A DNA stretch of 64,000 nucleotides from a virus (taxonomy: Duplodnaviria > Caudoviricetes): the IMG/VR virus record IMGVR_UViG_2974688470_000001, positions 6,993 to 70,992 of that record. One strand, 5' to 3'. The notes under the pieces were generated by a model. It searched no databases. It was not told the DNA's origin and saw only the letters and a program-made list of their open reading frames with translations. Below are positions 40,712 to 50,455 of this stretch, in pieces. Each line of letters starts with the position of its first letter. The stretch's first letter is position 1. A program made the position numbers and the translations under genes.

Positions 40712-40896
40712 CAGACCATCTCCTGGCACTCGCACCCCTGGACGCGGCACTCGCGGCTGTAGCGGTGATCTGAGCGGAAGTGGCCGCAGCCGCCCTCCTT
40801 GGAGTCGCAGACGTTGTGGGCGCTGCGCTTGGGCTTGGGCGCGGCCGAGCTGACGCCGTGGTAAGCGCCAGCCCGGCTCGGGGTCTTGATCGACAT
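40708..40896 (-). CDS. Small Cys/His-rich protein
   Basis: C...CGH...H...C....C.C; coupled to helicase stop. Confidence 0.65.
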   Translation of the reverse strand: MSIKTPSRAGAYHGVSSAAPKPKRSAHNVCDSKEGGCGHFRSDHRYSRECRVQGCECQEMVW

Positions 40897-42611
40897 CAGT
40901 TCTCGATCCCCCGGTCGAGCACCTTGCTGGCGAGCTTGACGCTGATCTCGTCGCTCAGCCGGGCCTTGGTCATGTTGTCGAAGTCCACGATCTTCAGCTG
41001 GCGCGCAAACCGCTTCTGCGCCTCGCTGGGCGGCTGATTGCGCCGCCACGACTGATTGCGGCTCGGGAGCTGCTGATCGCTTTCCACGATCCAGACCTCG
41101 GCTGCCTCCAGCGCCGCCGGGAGGTCGGTGTAATCCGGCCCCTCCTGGCTGACGTAGCGCCCCGAGGCGGTGACCCAGCCGCCCTTGCCCGAGCGGGTGT
41201 TGATCTGGCCGACCGCCCAGCGGGTCTCGGTGATGATCTCGCCATCCGCGCCAGCGCGGCCGGGACGCCAGCCATCCTCGGGCCAGACGAACACCACCTC
41301 GCCGTTCTCCATCAGGTTGATGAAGGGCACGCCCTTGGTGGTCTCCAGCCAGAGGGTGTCGTCGTTGGCCAGGAGGTCGATGGTGACCATATCGACCGGC
41401 CCCTGGCGCACCAGCTTGATCTCCGGCTCGCCGCCGAGGTCGATCTCCGGCTCGATCTCCGGCTCCAGCTCGACGCCCGCCTCGTCCACGTCCTTGGTGT
41501 CGGCACCGGGGAGGAGCTGGGTCAGGGTGACCAGCTTCATCTGGCGCGCCGAGCCAGCGAGATCGAGCACCAGGGCGTCGGACTTGCCCTCGTAGAGCCG
41601 GAGCGCGCGGCCGACCATCTGGCTGTAGAGGTTCTTGGAGCGCGTCGGCCGGGCCAGCACCACGGTGTCGCACATCGGGAAGTCAGCGCCCTCGGTGAGC
41701 ACCTGGACGGTGACCAGGGCGCGGGCCTCGCCGGAGCGGAACGCGGCGTAGACCGGCTGGCGGTCGGCATAGCTCATCGAGCCGGTCACCGCGACGGCCG
41801 GGTAGTCGGCCTCGGTCAGCGCCTCGGCGATGTGATGGGCGGCGTCCACGCTGGCGGCGAAGATGATCGGCTGGCGATCCGAGGCGTGGAGCTTGATGGC
41901 GTCCACGACGTACTCGGTCGCCGCCTCCATCACCTCGGCCAGCTCGCCCTGGTGGAAGTCTCCGGCGACGTTGCGCACGTCATCGAGGGCGTTGAGGCCC
42001 TTGATCCGAACGGTGAGGCCCCGAGGCTCGACCAGGAACCCCTTGCGGATGGCCCACTTGATGTCCTTCTCGTAGGCGATGCTCTCGATGACATCGCCCA
42101 GGCCGATCACGCCGCGCTGGTCGCGGTACATGGTCGCGGTGAACCCGGCCATCAGCGCATGGTCATAGCCGCCCAGCTCGGAGAACGTGGTGTGGAACCC
42201 CTCGGCTCCGGCGTGGTGGACCTCATCCCAGTAGATGCGCGTGCGGCGTCCGAGCGCCTCGCGGCGATGAGCGGTGGCGAGGGTCTGGAGGGTGGCGAAC
42301 ACGATCGGGCAATGGTGGTCGTCCTCCTCGGCCCGCACGATGCCGATGTCGGCCAGCGGGATGGTGGGATCGACCGCGAGCAGATCGCGCTTCATCTGGT
42401 CGAGCAGCTCGCCGCGATGGGCCAGCGCCACGACCGGCTCTCCGGCCCGGTAATCGCGGCGGATGCGCTCGCCGATCACGGTGGACTTGCCGGAGCCGGT
42501 CGGGAGGACGACGCCAGTGCGGCGCTTGCCCTTGGCCCACTCGCGCTCGACGGCATCGGCGGCGGCGAGCTGATAATCGCGCAGCTCGCGTGGGGCGATG
42601 GAGGTGGTCAT
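40896..42611 (-). CDS. Superfamily 2 DNA helicase
   Basis: LRDYQ, PTGSGKS, DEVHH, TAT and QMVGRALR motifs. Confidence 0.93.
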   Translation of the reverse strand: MTTSIAPRELRDYQLAAADAVEREWAKGKRRTGVVLPTGSGKSTVIGERIRRDYRAGEPVVALAHRGELLDQMKRDLLAVDPTIPLADIGIVRAEEDDHHCPIVFATLQTLATAHRREALGRRTRIYWDEVHHAGAEGFHTTFSELGGYDHALMAGFTATMYRDQRGVIGLGDVIESIAYEKDIKWAIRKGFLVEPRGLTVRIKGLNALDDVRNVAGDFHQGELAEVMEAATEYVVDAIKLHASDRQPIIFAASVDAAHHIAEALTEADYPAVAVTGSMSYADRQPVYAAFRSGEARALVTVQVLTEGADFPMCDTVVLARPTRSKNLYSQMVGRALRLYEGKSDALVLDLAGSARQMKLVTLTQLLPGADTKDVDEAGVELEPEIEPEIDLGGEPEIKLVRQGPVDMVTIDLLANDDTLWLETTKGVPFINLMENGEVVFVWPEDGWRPGRAGADGEIITETRWAVGQINTRSGKGGWVTASGRYVSQEGPDYTDLPAALEAAEVWIVESDQQLPSRNQSWRRNQPPSEAQKRFARQLKIVDFDNMTKARLSDEISVKLASKVLDRGIEN

Positions 42612-42730
42612 GGTTCCTGCCTTGGAGGTTTGCGTGTGCGTGTGGAGGTGCTGGTGGCCGGTCGGGCGGGGTCGCCGCCCGGCCGGATCGCACCAATCTA
42701 TCACAAGTTCCCCGAGAGGGGAGGGTTTCA

Positions 42731-45484
42731 TCAATCCGAGTCGGTGATCTCCTGCGCCGCCCTGGTGCGGGCCTGCTCGGGAGTGGCCGTGTCGGGGATA
42801 TACCGCGAGCCGCTCGGCGTGCCGGTGAGGGTCTGGATCAGGCCGTAGCGCAGGCCCTTGTCCACCGCCTCGCTGATGCGGGTCTTCCAGTACGCCTCGG
42901 TATCGCCCCGGCTGAGCGCGTAGGCCGAGGGCCGGACAGCGCGCACGATCTCGGCGCGGGTCGCGCCCTGCTGCGGGAGGTTGTCCACGAACTCGCGGAT
43001 GCGGATCGAGGTCTCCACGACCGGCTCGGGCAGCGGCCGGGCCAGGACCACCTCGCCCTGCATCGGATCGACATCGCCGTTGGGGCCGGTGATGAGCGGC
43101 GCGCTGATCTGATCGCCCAGGGGATGGTTGATCATCAGGAGCGGGAGCGGGTGCTCCAGCTGCTCGGCGTTCTTCTGCTTGGAGGTCACCAGCTCGATGG
43201 CCTTGCCGGGCAGATTGCCGTTGTCGTCGGCGATCTGGGAGATGTCCCAGGTGGCCAGCCGGATCAACAGCTCGGAGTCCAGCGCGCCGTTGAGCGCCGA
43301 GGAGCCGCGAGCGACATCGGGCGCGCCCTTGGCCGTGTGATGGACCACGCACACCCCGGCGTTGGTCAGCTCCTTGAGCTTGTCGAACCGGCGAACCGCC
43401 TTGCCCACGTCGGTGGCGCTGTTCTCCTCCAGGCCCGCGCTCATCCTGGCGAAGGTGTCGAAGATGACCAGGCCGATGCCCTGGCGGGCGATGTAGGCGG
43501 CGATCTCGCCCCACGCCTCGTTGGAGGCGTTGACCAGGATGATCCCGTTCCCGAGGAGGAGATCGTCGGCGAGATCGACGCCGTGGGCGTGCTCCCAGGC
43601 GCGGATGCGCTGGACCGCGCCGGAGAGGCCCTCACCGGGGAGGTAGAGCACCTTGGTCTTGAGGGTGCGCCGCCCCTGCCAACGCTTGCCGGTGGCGATG
43701 TGGCAGGCCATGTCGAGGCCCACCGTGGACTTGCCGACGCCCGGCGAGCCGATAATGCAGCTCAGCCCGCCATGCTCGATCAAGCCGTCGATGATGTACT
43801 CCGGCGGCGGCATATCCCGCCAGTGCGAGAACGGCGCGATGCGCGGCACCCCGTTGTGCGGGGAGTCGAACACGTCGGGGTCGGGATCATCGACCTCGGC
43901 CGGATAGGGCGAGGCCCCGGCGGGCGGCGGCTCCTTCTTGCCGAAGTCGGCCGGGAGGTCGCCGGGGTCCATCGAGACCGGCGCGGCTGGCTCGGAGCGC
44001 GGCGGCTCCGCGTCGGCCAGGTGCCCGCCATTGTCGGCGGCGTCGTCCTCGTCCTTGGCGTGCCAGAGCACCCCCTCCTCGTCGGCGACGAACAGGCCCT
44101 CGCGGGTGGCGCAGCTGCGGCAGTAGTTCGGATCGTCCTCGGCGTCGGCGTCCCGGCCCTCGTCGGCCGCTGGCTCCGGCTCGGGGAGCGAGAAGTCGCC
44201 ATCCGACTCCTTGCCCTCCAGGTCGGCATCGACGCCCTTGGGATCGAGGCCCGGCTCGATGGACAGGTCGGGCGTGAGGCCCAGCTCATCCATCGCCTTG
44301 CCGACATTGCCGCCGAACGAGATCAGCGCGACGGCCTGGAGCTTGGAGAACGTCGGGGTCCAGCCCGGCGTGTCCATCGAGTCGGTGAAGGGCGGCGCGT
44401 CGTGGTCGGTCCAGAGATGCAGCGGCGCGTTGACCGCGGTGTAGCGCCCGGCCGAGCACCCCGAGTCGTGAGCGGTGGCGCTCTTGGGCGAGGCGTGCAG
44501 CCCAGGAGCCGTCCAGACCGCGCAGCCGCAGGAGTCGGCGCGAGGGGCCGGGGTCCAGCCGAGCGGCTCCAGGATGGCGCTCCAGGGCACCGCCTCGGCC
44601 CAGCGATCCACCTCGTCGGCCAGGCCCTCGTTGTCGGTGGTCCGGCCCTTCTCGTCGGCGAGCTTGGCGCGCTCGATGCGATGCTCGCCCGCCTTGATGA
44701 TCTCCTCGCCCAGCCAGGGCGGCAGGTCATAGACGTGGCCGAGCTGCTCGTACTTGCCCTCGGGCCTGGTGCTCGGCGGGATCAGGACATACCGGCGATC
44801 CCAGAGCACGGCGAACCCATGATCGCCGCCCCAGGTCATCGCGCCGATGTGGCGCGGGAGCACCGGCATCAGCTCGTCGGGCACGGTGAAGTAGAAGTGC
44901 CCGCCATCGGAGTGGACCATCTCGCCGTCAGCGCCGCGCTGGCCCGGCGTGAGCACGGTCGGCGCGGGACGCTCATCCTCGGGCACCTCGGCCACCTCGA
45001 ACCAGCGGTCCAGCTGGGCCTTGGTGTCGCAGTCGATGACCACGATGCCCGAGCCGCCCACCTCGACGGCCAGGTTCACCGCCGCCGGGCGGGTCATGGC
45101 GATCTCGTCGGCGTCGGCTGCCTTCTTGGAGTAGGGCACCACCTTGCCCTCGGTGTCCTGCCACTCCGAGAACAGCTCGATGTACCTCTTGAGGTAGCGA
45201 TCCAGCGTGGCCTTGTCGGAGGTGGCCAGCGCCAGCCCGGCGGGCGACTTCACGCTCGCCCAATCGCGCCGCCCGGCCTCCTGGGCAGCGGCCATCGCCG
45301 CCTTGTTGTCGGCGTTCTTCTTGGCCGGGGTGCGCAGATCGGCGGGCACCTTGGAGTCGGGATAGATGAACAGGATGCTCAGCCCGAGATCGGCGGCGGA
45401 GCGGATGAACGAGCGCACGGCGTCGTGATCGGTGTTGTCGATCCCAGCGCCGAGCACGGCCTCCAGGGGTTGTGAGCCGAGCAT
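42731..45484 (-). CDS. Primase/polymerase-helicase fusion (RepA-type AAA C-terminus)
   Basis: VVIDCD and GGHFYF prim-pol motifs; GSPGVGKS, IFDT, VVHHT and RGSSAL helicase motifs. Confidence 0.9.
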   Translation of the reverse strand: MLGSQPLEAVLGAGIDNTDHDAVRSFIRSAADLGLSILFIYPDSKVPADLRTPAKKNADNKAAMAAAQEAGRRDWASVKSPAGLALATSDKATLDRYLKRYIELFSEWQDTEGKVVPYSKKAADADEIAMTRPAAVNLAVEVGGSGIVVIDCDTKAQLDRWFEVAEVPEDERPAPTVLTPGQRGADGEMVHSDGGHFYFTVPDELMPVLPRHIGAMTWGGDHGFAVLWDRRYVLIPPSTRPEGKYEQLGHVYDLPPWLGEEIIKAGEHRIERAKLADEKGRTTDNEGLADEVDRWAEAVPWSAILEPLGWTPAPRADSCGCAVWTAPGLHASPKSATAHDSGCSAGRYTAVNAPLHLWTDHDAPPFTDSMDTPGWTPTFSKLQAVALISFGGNVGKAMDELGLTPDLSIEPGLDPKGVDADLEGKESDGDFSLPEPEPAADEGRDADAEDDPNYCRSCATREGLFVADEEGVLWHAKDEDDAADNGGHLADAEPPRSEPAAPVSMDPGDLPADFGKKEPPPAGASPYPAEVDDPDPDVFDSPHNGVPRIAPFSHWRDMPPPEYIIDGLIEHGGLSCIIGSPGVGKSTVGLDMACHIATGKRWQGRRTLKTKVLYLPGEGLSGAVQRIRAWEHAHGVDLADDLLLGNGIILVNASNEAWGEIAAYIARQGIGLVIFDTFARMSAGLEENSATDVGKAVRRFDKLKELTNAGVCVVHHTAKGAPDVARGSSALNGALDSELLIRLATWDISQIADDNGNLPGKAIELVTSKQKNAEQLEHPLPLLMINHPLGDQISAPLITGPNGDVDPMQGEVVLARPLPEPVVETSIRIREFVDNLPQQGATRAEIVRAVRPSAYALSRGDTEAYWKTRISEAVDKGLRYGLIQTLTGTPSGSRYIPDTATPEQARTRAAQEITDSD

Positions 45485-46059
45485 CAGAGATACCGCCCCT
45501 CGGTCGCCGCGACCTCAGCGCCCAGGCCCGCGTACCCGGCGATGTCCATCCAGGAGTCGCGGTGGTTGGGGGTCTCGACCAGCCGCCCGAGCTTCACGGC
45601 GACCATGCACATCGCGTATTGCTCGGCGCTCACCTCGGTGCCCAGGATCGCCGACCACATCGCGGCGATGCGCTCGAACGAGGGCGTCGGCGGGCCGTAG
45701 TCGCGCTGGCGGTCGCCGCTGATGGCGCGCCGGGCCTCCTCCAGGAGCTTCTCGCGCTCGGGGCGCATGTCGGTGGCCGAGCCGATGGGCGGCGGGTCCG
45801 CGTAGAGCTGCGGCGGCGGGCCGGTCCACCCCTCGGCGGCGGTGAGCGCCTCCTCCAGCGGGCTGTCGAGCTTGACATCCTCGCCGAGATGGCAGCGGCA
45901 CCCGCTGGCGTGATTGTCGTTCGGGCACTCGGGCCGGTCGGCCGGGGCGGGCCTGCGGCCGGGTGGCCAGCTGGCCTCCATCCCGATGTTCGCCGGGCGC
46001 TTGGCCTCCTGGGCATCGGCGGCGCGCTTGACCGTCTCGATGTCGTCGCGGGTCGTCAT
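45484..46059 (-). CDS. DUF6378-like protein
   Basis: GDRQRDYG...FERIAAMWS...DSWMDIAGYA. Confidence 0.8.
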   Translation of the reverse strand: MTTRDDIETVKRAADAQEAKRPANIGMEASWPPGRRPAPADRPECPNDNHASGCRCHLGEDVKLDSPLEEALTAAEGWTGPPPQLYADPPPIGSATDMRPEREKLLEEARRAISGDRQRDYGPPTPSFERIAAMWSAILGTEVSAEQYAMCMVAVKLGRLVETPNHRDSWMDIAGYAGLGAEVAATEGRYL

Positions 46060-46181
46060 GGGTCGTGCTCCTTCATGGTTGTGTTCGGGCGCAGACTGGC
46101 CAGCCTATGCCCTGGTGGTGGCCGCTCTCACCGGCCGGAATATCTAGGGCGCGTTGCGATCACGCACCCCCAGATGGTGGG

Positions 46182-48005
46182 TCAGACCTTCGCCCAGGCG
46201 TGACCCATGTCGGCCCGGTCGGTGCGCAGCACTGGCTGGCGCTGGCTCCACTCGACCAGGAACGGCGGCGGGGTGGACATGATCTCGCGGACCTCATCGG
46301 CGACCTCGGTATCGACCACCACCTCGTCGTGCATGGCCAGCTGGAGATGATCGCCCAGCCCGGCCTCCTCCATCGTCACGATCGTGTGCGCGAGCACGTC
46401 ATAGGCGCTGCCCTGGACGGTGTAGTTGACCGCCTTGAACACCCCGCCAGGATCGACCGGGAGGATGCGCCCGCCCACGGTGATGGTCCGGCCGCTGGCC
46501 TCGGCCACGTCCTGGACGCGGAACATCCACCGCTCGCACTTCTTCATCGCCTCGAACATCTGCCGCCTGATCTGGGCGGCGCTCTCCTCGGTGTGGCCGA
46601 TGGTCGCCGCCAGCTTGGCGATGCCCGAGCCGTACATGGTCGAGAGGAGCACCACCTTGGCGGTGTCGCGGTCACAGCCGCAGCTGCGCTCGATGGGGCC
46701 GTAGAGGTCCAGGCCCGCCTCGTAGGGCGCGAGGAACGCCTCGTCGCGGGCCATGTTCGCCATCGTGACCGGCTCGATCTGGCTCCAGTCGATGGAGGTG
46801 AGGCCCTGGCCGTCGTCGCAGATGATCGCCCGCGCCTCCTTGGGGAACTGCTGAAGCTCCGGCGAGCCATAGCTCATCCGGCCGGTGGCGCTGGCCCCGA
46901 GCACGGCCACCTGGGGGTGGCATCGGCCGGTCACCGCGGACTGGCGCTCCACCTTCTCCAGATAGCCCATCACCTTGTCGATCACCGCGAGCTTGCGCTG
47001 GGCGTGAGCCAGCGGATGATCGAGGCCCTCCAGGTCGGCCTTGGTGGCGCGCAGCTTGCGGGTCGGGGTGCGCGGCCACGGCTCGGGCAGCTCGCCGCGC
47101 TCGGCCAGATACTCGATCAGCTTGGCACCCTTGCCCGCTCCGCCCTCCAGGCCGTGGACGGCCAGCTCGGCGATGGCCAGGTTGCGCTCGATGTCCACCT
47201 GCTCCTGGTAGCGCGTGAGGTAGGCCCGGTCCACGTTGAGGCCCACCGCCGAGCGCCGGAGCATGACCTGGTGGACGGTCTCCTGGGTGGCGATGAGCGC
47301 CTCGGCCTCGGCGGGCGTGGAGGCGGCGGAGTAGGTGTTGACGAACGGATGATCGAGGCTCCAGTCGATGGCCATCTGGCGCATCACCGGCTCCAGGGCG
47401 AGGGTGGCCACCGTGTCGGCCATCGCGCCGAACCGATAGATCGGGCTGTCGATGTCCATGCCCTCGAACCCGGCCTGGATGGTGCGATACCCGGCTGCCT
47501 TGAACGCCCGCTCCATCCCGCCCTTGCTGTCGGTCCAGCCGAGGAACTTGGTCACCAGCTGCTCCAGCTTCTTGCCCTGGCCATAGGGCGGCGGCTCGGG
47601 GAGCGCGTATCGAGCCAGCAGCACAGTGTCGGCAATCTTGTCGATCATCGCCTTGCTCAGCAGCCCGGCGTGATAGAGCGGCGGCACGTCGAACGCGGCG
47701 TTGTGCAGGATCAGCTTCCCGGCCTTGGCGTTGATCTCCTCGACCAGGGCGGCGTGGCCAGCGGTGCGCGCCGGATCGAGGAGCACCGCCTGGACGCCTC
47801 GGCCGTCATCCCAGGCGGCGGTCACGCAGTTGATCGTGAAGTTGCGATCCAGCCCAGGGGTCTCGATGTCGATGGCCACGGCGAGGTTGTGCGGCATGGC
47901 TCCCACCGCGCGCTCGGCCTCGGCCCCGGTGCTGAGCGAAGCGCCCAGCACCGGGTCGTGCCAGCGGCGAGAGGGAACGCGAGGGATGGCCTCGACGGTC
48001 GTCAC
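46182..48005 (-). CDS. DNA polymerase I-like (family A) with 3'-5' exonuclease
   Basis: DIET, HNAAFD, TGRMS, DWSQIE, K..LLSTMYG, QGSA and HDE motifs. Confidence 0.95.
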   Translation of the reverse strand: MTTVEAIPRVPSRRWHDPVLGASLSTGAEAERAVGAMPHNLAVAIDIETPGLDRNFTINCVTAAWDDGRGVQAVLLDPARTAGHAALVEEINAKAGKLILHNAAFDVPPLYHAGLLSKAMIDKIADTVLLARYALPEPPPYGQGKKLEQLVTKFLGWTDSKGGMERAFKAAGYRTIQAGFEGMDIDSPIYRFGAMADTVATLALEPVMRQMAIDWSLDHPFVNTYSAASTPAEAEALIATQETVHQVMLRRSAVGLNVDRAYLTRYQEQVDIERNLAIAELAVHGLEGGAGKGAKLIEYLAERGELPEPWPRTPTRKLRATKADLEGLDHPLAHAQRKLAVIDKVMGYLEKVERQSAVTGRCHPQVAVLGASATGRMSYGSPELQQFPKEARAIICDDGQGLTSIDWSQIEPVTMANMARDEAFLAPYEAGLDLYGPIERSCGCDRDTAKVVLLSTMYGSGIAKLAATIGHTEESAAQIRRQMFEAMKKCERWMFRVQDVAEASGRTITVGGRILPVDPGGVFKAVNYTVQGSAYDVLAHTIVTMEEAGLGDHLQLAMHDEVVVDTEVADEVREIMSTPPPFLVEWSQRQPVLRTDRADMGHAWAKV

Positions 48006-48559
48006 TCGCCCTCCATCGCCACGCCAGCCATCGTGGCCGGGCCATCGCCAGCGGGCGGGGTGGGCACCACCTCGCGGTCCAGCCAGGTCTCGAAGTTCTC
48101 AGCCGCGCGCAGCACGCACTGGCTCAGCCACTTCTCGAACTCCGCCTCGCTGGCCTTGACCATGATCCGGCCCTCGACCTCGAACGGCACCGGGGCGGTC
48201 CCGGCGAACAGCCGAGCGGCGCACTCCAGCGCCTTCTCCCGGCCCCAGGTGCCGCCGGTCACCTCGGCCAGCGCCTCGCCCAGGACGGGCAGCTCGGAGG
48301 GCAGGTAGTGATCGGGGTTGAACGTGCCCAGCCGGATCACCTGGGCCGGGAACGTCACCCCGGCCTCCTCGATGGTGTGCGGCGACCAGCCGCCAGGAGA
48401 TACCCAGACCACCGCGTGGCCGTCCTCGATCTCGCGGCGGATGAAGGCCACGGCCTCCGAGGTCGGATCGCCCACGATGCGCTGCCAGGAGATGATCGTG
48501 CCATCGGGCAGGGTGGCCAGATGGCGCTCGTCGCGGATCATCCCGCTCGGGGTGCTCAC
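48002..48559 (-). CDS. Hypothetical protein
   Basis: GTGA overlap with upstream stop; codon bias. Confidence 0.7.
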   Translation of the reverse strand: MSTPSGMIRDERHLATLPDGTIISWQRIVGDPTSEAVAFIRREIEDGHAVVWVSPGGWSPHTIEEAGVTFPAQVIRLGTFNPDHYLPSELPVLGEALAEVTGGTWGREKALECAARLFAGTAPVPFEVEGRIMVKASEAEFEKWLSQCVLRAAENFETWLDREVVPTPPAGDGPATMAGVAMEGE

Positions 48560-48954
48560 CTGGCCCCGCTCATCGTGCTGACGGCGGTCTCGTAGGCGGC
48601 GATGGCCTGGGCCACCGGGGCGGGCAGATCGGCGCGCTCGAACTTCGCGCCCCACCGGCCCCAGTTGTGGTGGCGGGTGACCTTCTCGGACTCCTTGCCG
48701 CCCTTGAGGCGCTGTGGGCCGGAGATCATCACCCGCTCCAGGCGACCGTTCTCCCAGTGGACCTCCATCCAGTTGGGCGAGAAGCTCGCCCGGCCGGAGT
48801 CGGCCACCAGGTCGAGGAGGGTGTTGTCGCGCACGGCGAAGCGCGCCAGGTGGCGCACCTCGGTCTTGATGTCGCCATCGGCCTCGCGGTCAACGACGGT
48901 CTTGGTCGTGCTGCGCAGGAACGTGATCCCTGGCGGCGCGGTCGGTTGGGTCAT
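48556..48954 (-). CDS. Hypothetical protein
   Basis: AAGGAG RBS. Confidence 0.75.
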   Translation of the reverse strand: MTQPTAPPGITFLRSTTKTVVDREADGDIKTEVRHLARFAVRDNTLLDLVADSGRASFSPNWMEVHWENGRLERVMISGPQRLKGGKESEKVTRHHNWGRWGAKFERADLPAPVAQAIAAYETAVSTMSGAR

Positions 48955-49006
48955 GGTCGTGCTCCTTCATGGTTGGGTGAGGGGTTGGAGCAGGGCGGCT
49001 GGGTGC

Positions 49007-49183
49007 TCAACCGCCCTGCTCCCCGGCGCTGGCAGGCGCGCCGGTTGTCTGGAGGACGCCTCGGCCGTACAGCCCAGCGGTCGGCTGGGCCAGGCGACCG
49101 ATCCGCCCGGTGATGTAGCCGCACCAACAGGTGCCGACCTTGACGTGCTCGCGGGCGGGCTTGACGCTCTGCCAGCTGGGCAT
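49007..49183 (-). CDS. Small hypothetical protein (58 aa, not in ORF track)
   Basis: TGATG coupling; MPSWQSVKPAREHVKVGTCWCGY translated by hand. Confidence 0.45.
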   Translation of the reverse strand: MPSWQSVKPAREHVKVGTCWCGYITGRIGRLAQPTAGLYGRGVLQTTGAPASAGEQGG

Positions 49184-49449
49184 CAGAGATCAGCCTCGGG
49201 GTGCCCTGGCGGCGGGCCGGGCGGCTGATCGTTGGCGGGGTGCTCGTCGCAGCGATGGGCGGTGCCTACCCGCACGCCCGCGATGTGAATCTGGCCGATC
49301 ACCTCGCCGGTATCGAGGGCCACCTGGAGCACGATGGGCGGGAGCTGATCGCGGCGACCGGCTGCCCGGCCCTGGGCGCGGCCGATGCCCTTGCCCACGG
49401 CGTAGAAGGCCAGGAACCCCAGGATGGTGGCGGCGGTCGTCGGGTCCAT
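49183..49449 (-). CDS. Small membrane-anchored protein
   Basis: N-terminal hydrophobic helix; TGATG coupling. Confidence 0.65.
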   Translation of the reverse strand: MDPTTAATILGFLAFYAVGKGIGRAQGRAAGRRDQLPPIVLQVALDTGEVIGQIHIAGVRVGTAHRCDEHPANDQPPGPPPGHPEADL

Positions 49450-49745
49450 CAGCGCACCGCCAGCATCAGCTCGGTGAAGGTGGTGGCCTCGCTGGAGCGG
49501 TACTGGCCAGGCGGCACGCCCTGGGCATTGCCGGGGCCGCAGATGCGATTGCCGTGGATGCGGCAGTCGAACGCCGGGTCGTCCTCGGCCGGATCGACCC
49601 CGGTGACGATGGAGCGCAGCTGGTCGATGGTGATCGAGGGCGCGGGGTCGGCGTGCGCCTCGGCCAGCCAGCCGCCTCCGGCGACCCCGATGGCCAGACC
49701 GACGAACAGGCCGGTGCTGAACGCGACGACGCGATTGCTTCTCAT
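49449..49745 (-). CDS. Secreted or membrane-anchored protein
   Basis: AGGAGG RBS; signal-like N-terminus ending AHA-DP; EDDPAFDCRIHGNRICG. Confidence 0.7.
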   Translation of the reverse strand: MRSNRVVAFSTGLFVGLAIGVAGGGWLAEAHADPAPSITIDQLRSIVTGVDPAEDDPAFDCRIHGNRICGPGNAQGVPPGQYRSSEATTFTELMLAVR

Positions 49746-49771
49746 GGATGTGTATTCCTCCTGGTCACCCC

Positions 49772-49788
49772 GGCGGGGCGATCCCGCC
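49772..49788 (-). repeat. 17-bp hairpin core of cassette (stand-alone copy)
   Basis: GGCGGGGCGATCCCGCC just upstream of RBS. Confidence 0.9.
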
Positions 49789-49822
49789 TCGGGTTAGTTC
49801 GGTTATATCAGCCGAGCCTAGC

Positions 49823-50164
49823 TCAGCGCACTGAGTTTCCCGAGCTTGGCCGGTGAACTCCTGTACCGGCCATGCGCTGGCCCCGGTCGGCGCGGTACAT
49901 GGTCTCCACCGCGGCGGCGATCCGGCGCGGCAGGGATTGCATCAGCGCGGCGAACTCGGTGGTGGGGATCGCCGAGCCATCGGGCCGGGCGCGATGGCGC
50001 TGGCTCAGCTCGTCGGCGATTGCTGCGATGCCGCCGTAGTGCTTGTGGGCCTGGGCGGGGTTGGCGACCACGAACCCGAGCGTGAAGATCAGGGTGGGCG
50101 TGGGCACGTCGGAGATGGGTGCCTCGCCGGGGTCGGCGGGGCGGGCGGGGAGGTTGTGGGTCAT
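49823..50164 (-). CDS. Hypothetical protein
   Basis: ATG 50164 with TAGGCT 8 nt upstream. Confidence 0.55.
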   Translation of the reverse strand: MTHNLPARPADPGEAPISDVPTPTLIFTLGFVVANPAQAHKHYGGIAAIADELSQRHRARPDGSAIPTTEFAALMQSLPRRIAAAVETMYRADRGQRMAGTGVHRPSSGNSVR

Positions 50165-50455
50165 GGGCGGAGAGCCTACTCCTTCCCGCCCAAGTCGGGG
50201 AACTCTTGCGCGCGCGCGATTATACAGGATCGACCCGCGATAATGCAATGGTTGATTTTCTTGACGGGGGTATTAGGATTCGGCCTGCCTCCGTTGGCCG
50301 AACCTACCTGGCTCCGCCACCCCGTCAATGGGATGGATGATCGAGCGCCGAGAACCTCAGTGGCCCCGCCGATGGGATCGACGCGCCCCGCCCCTCGCGC
50401 GGGCGCTTCCCCGGTGGCAGTGCCGCCGAGAGGTTAGTTGGGATAGCCTGGCCGG
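50165..50455. promoter_or_regulatory. Divergent intergenic control region with nested inverted repeats
   Basis: AT-richer stretch; TTGACGGGG/CCCCGTCAA outer stem and TAGGATTCGGCC/GGCCGAACCTA inner stem. Confidence 0.55.

Noticed and set aside
43860-44230. Intein in the primase-helicase
   Set aside because: Acidic Pro-rich linker with a short CxxC patch; no intein splice junction or endonuclease motifs
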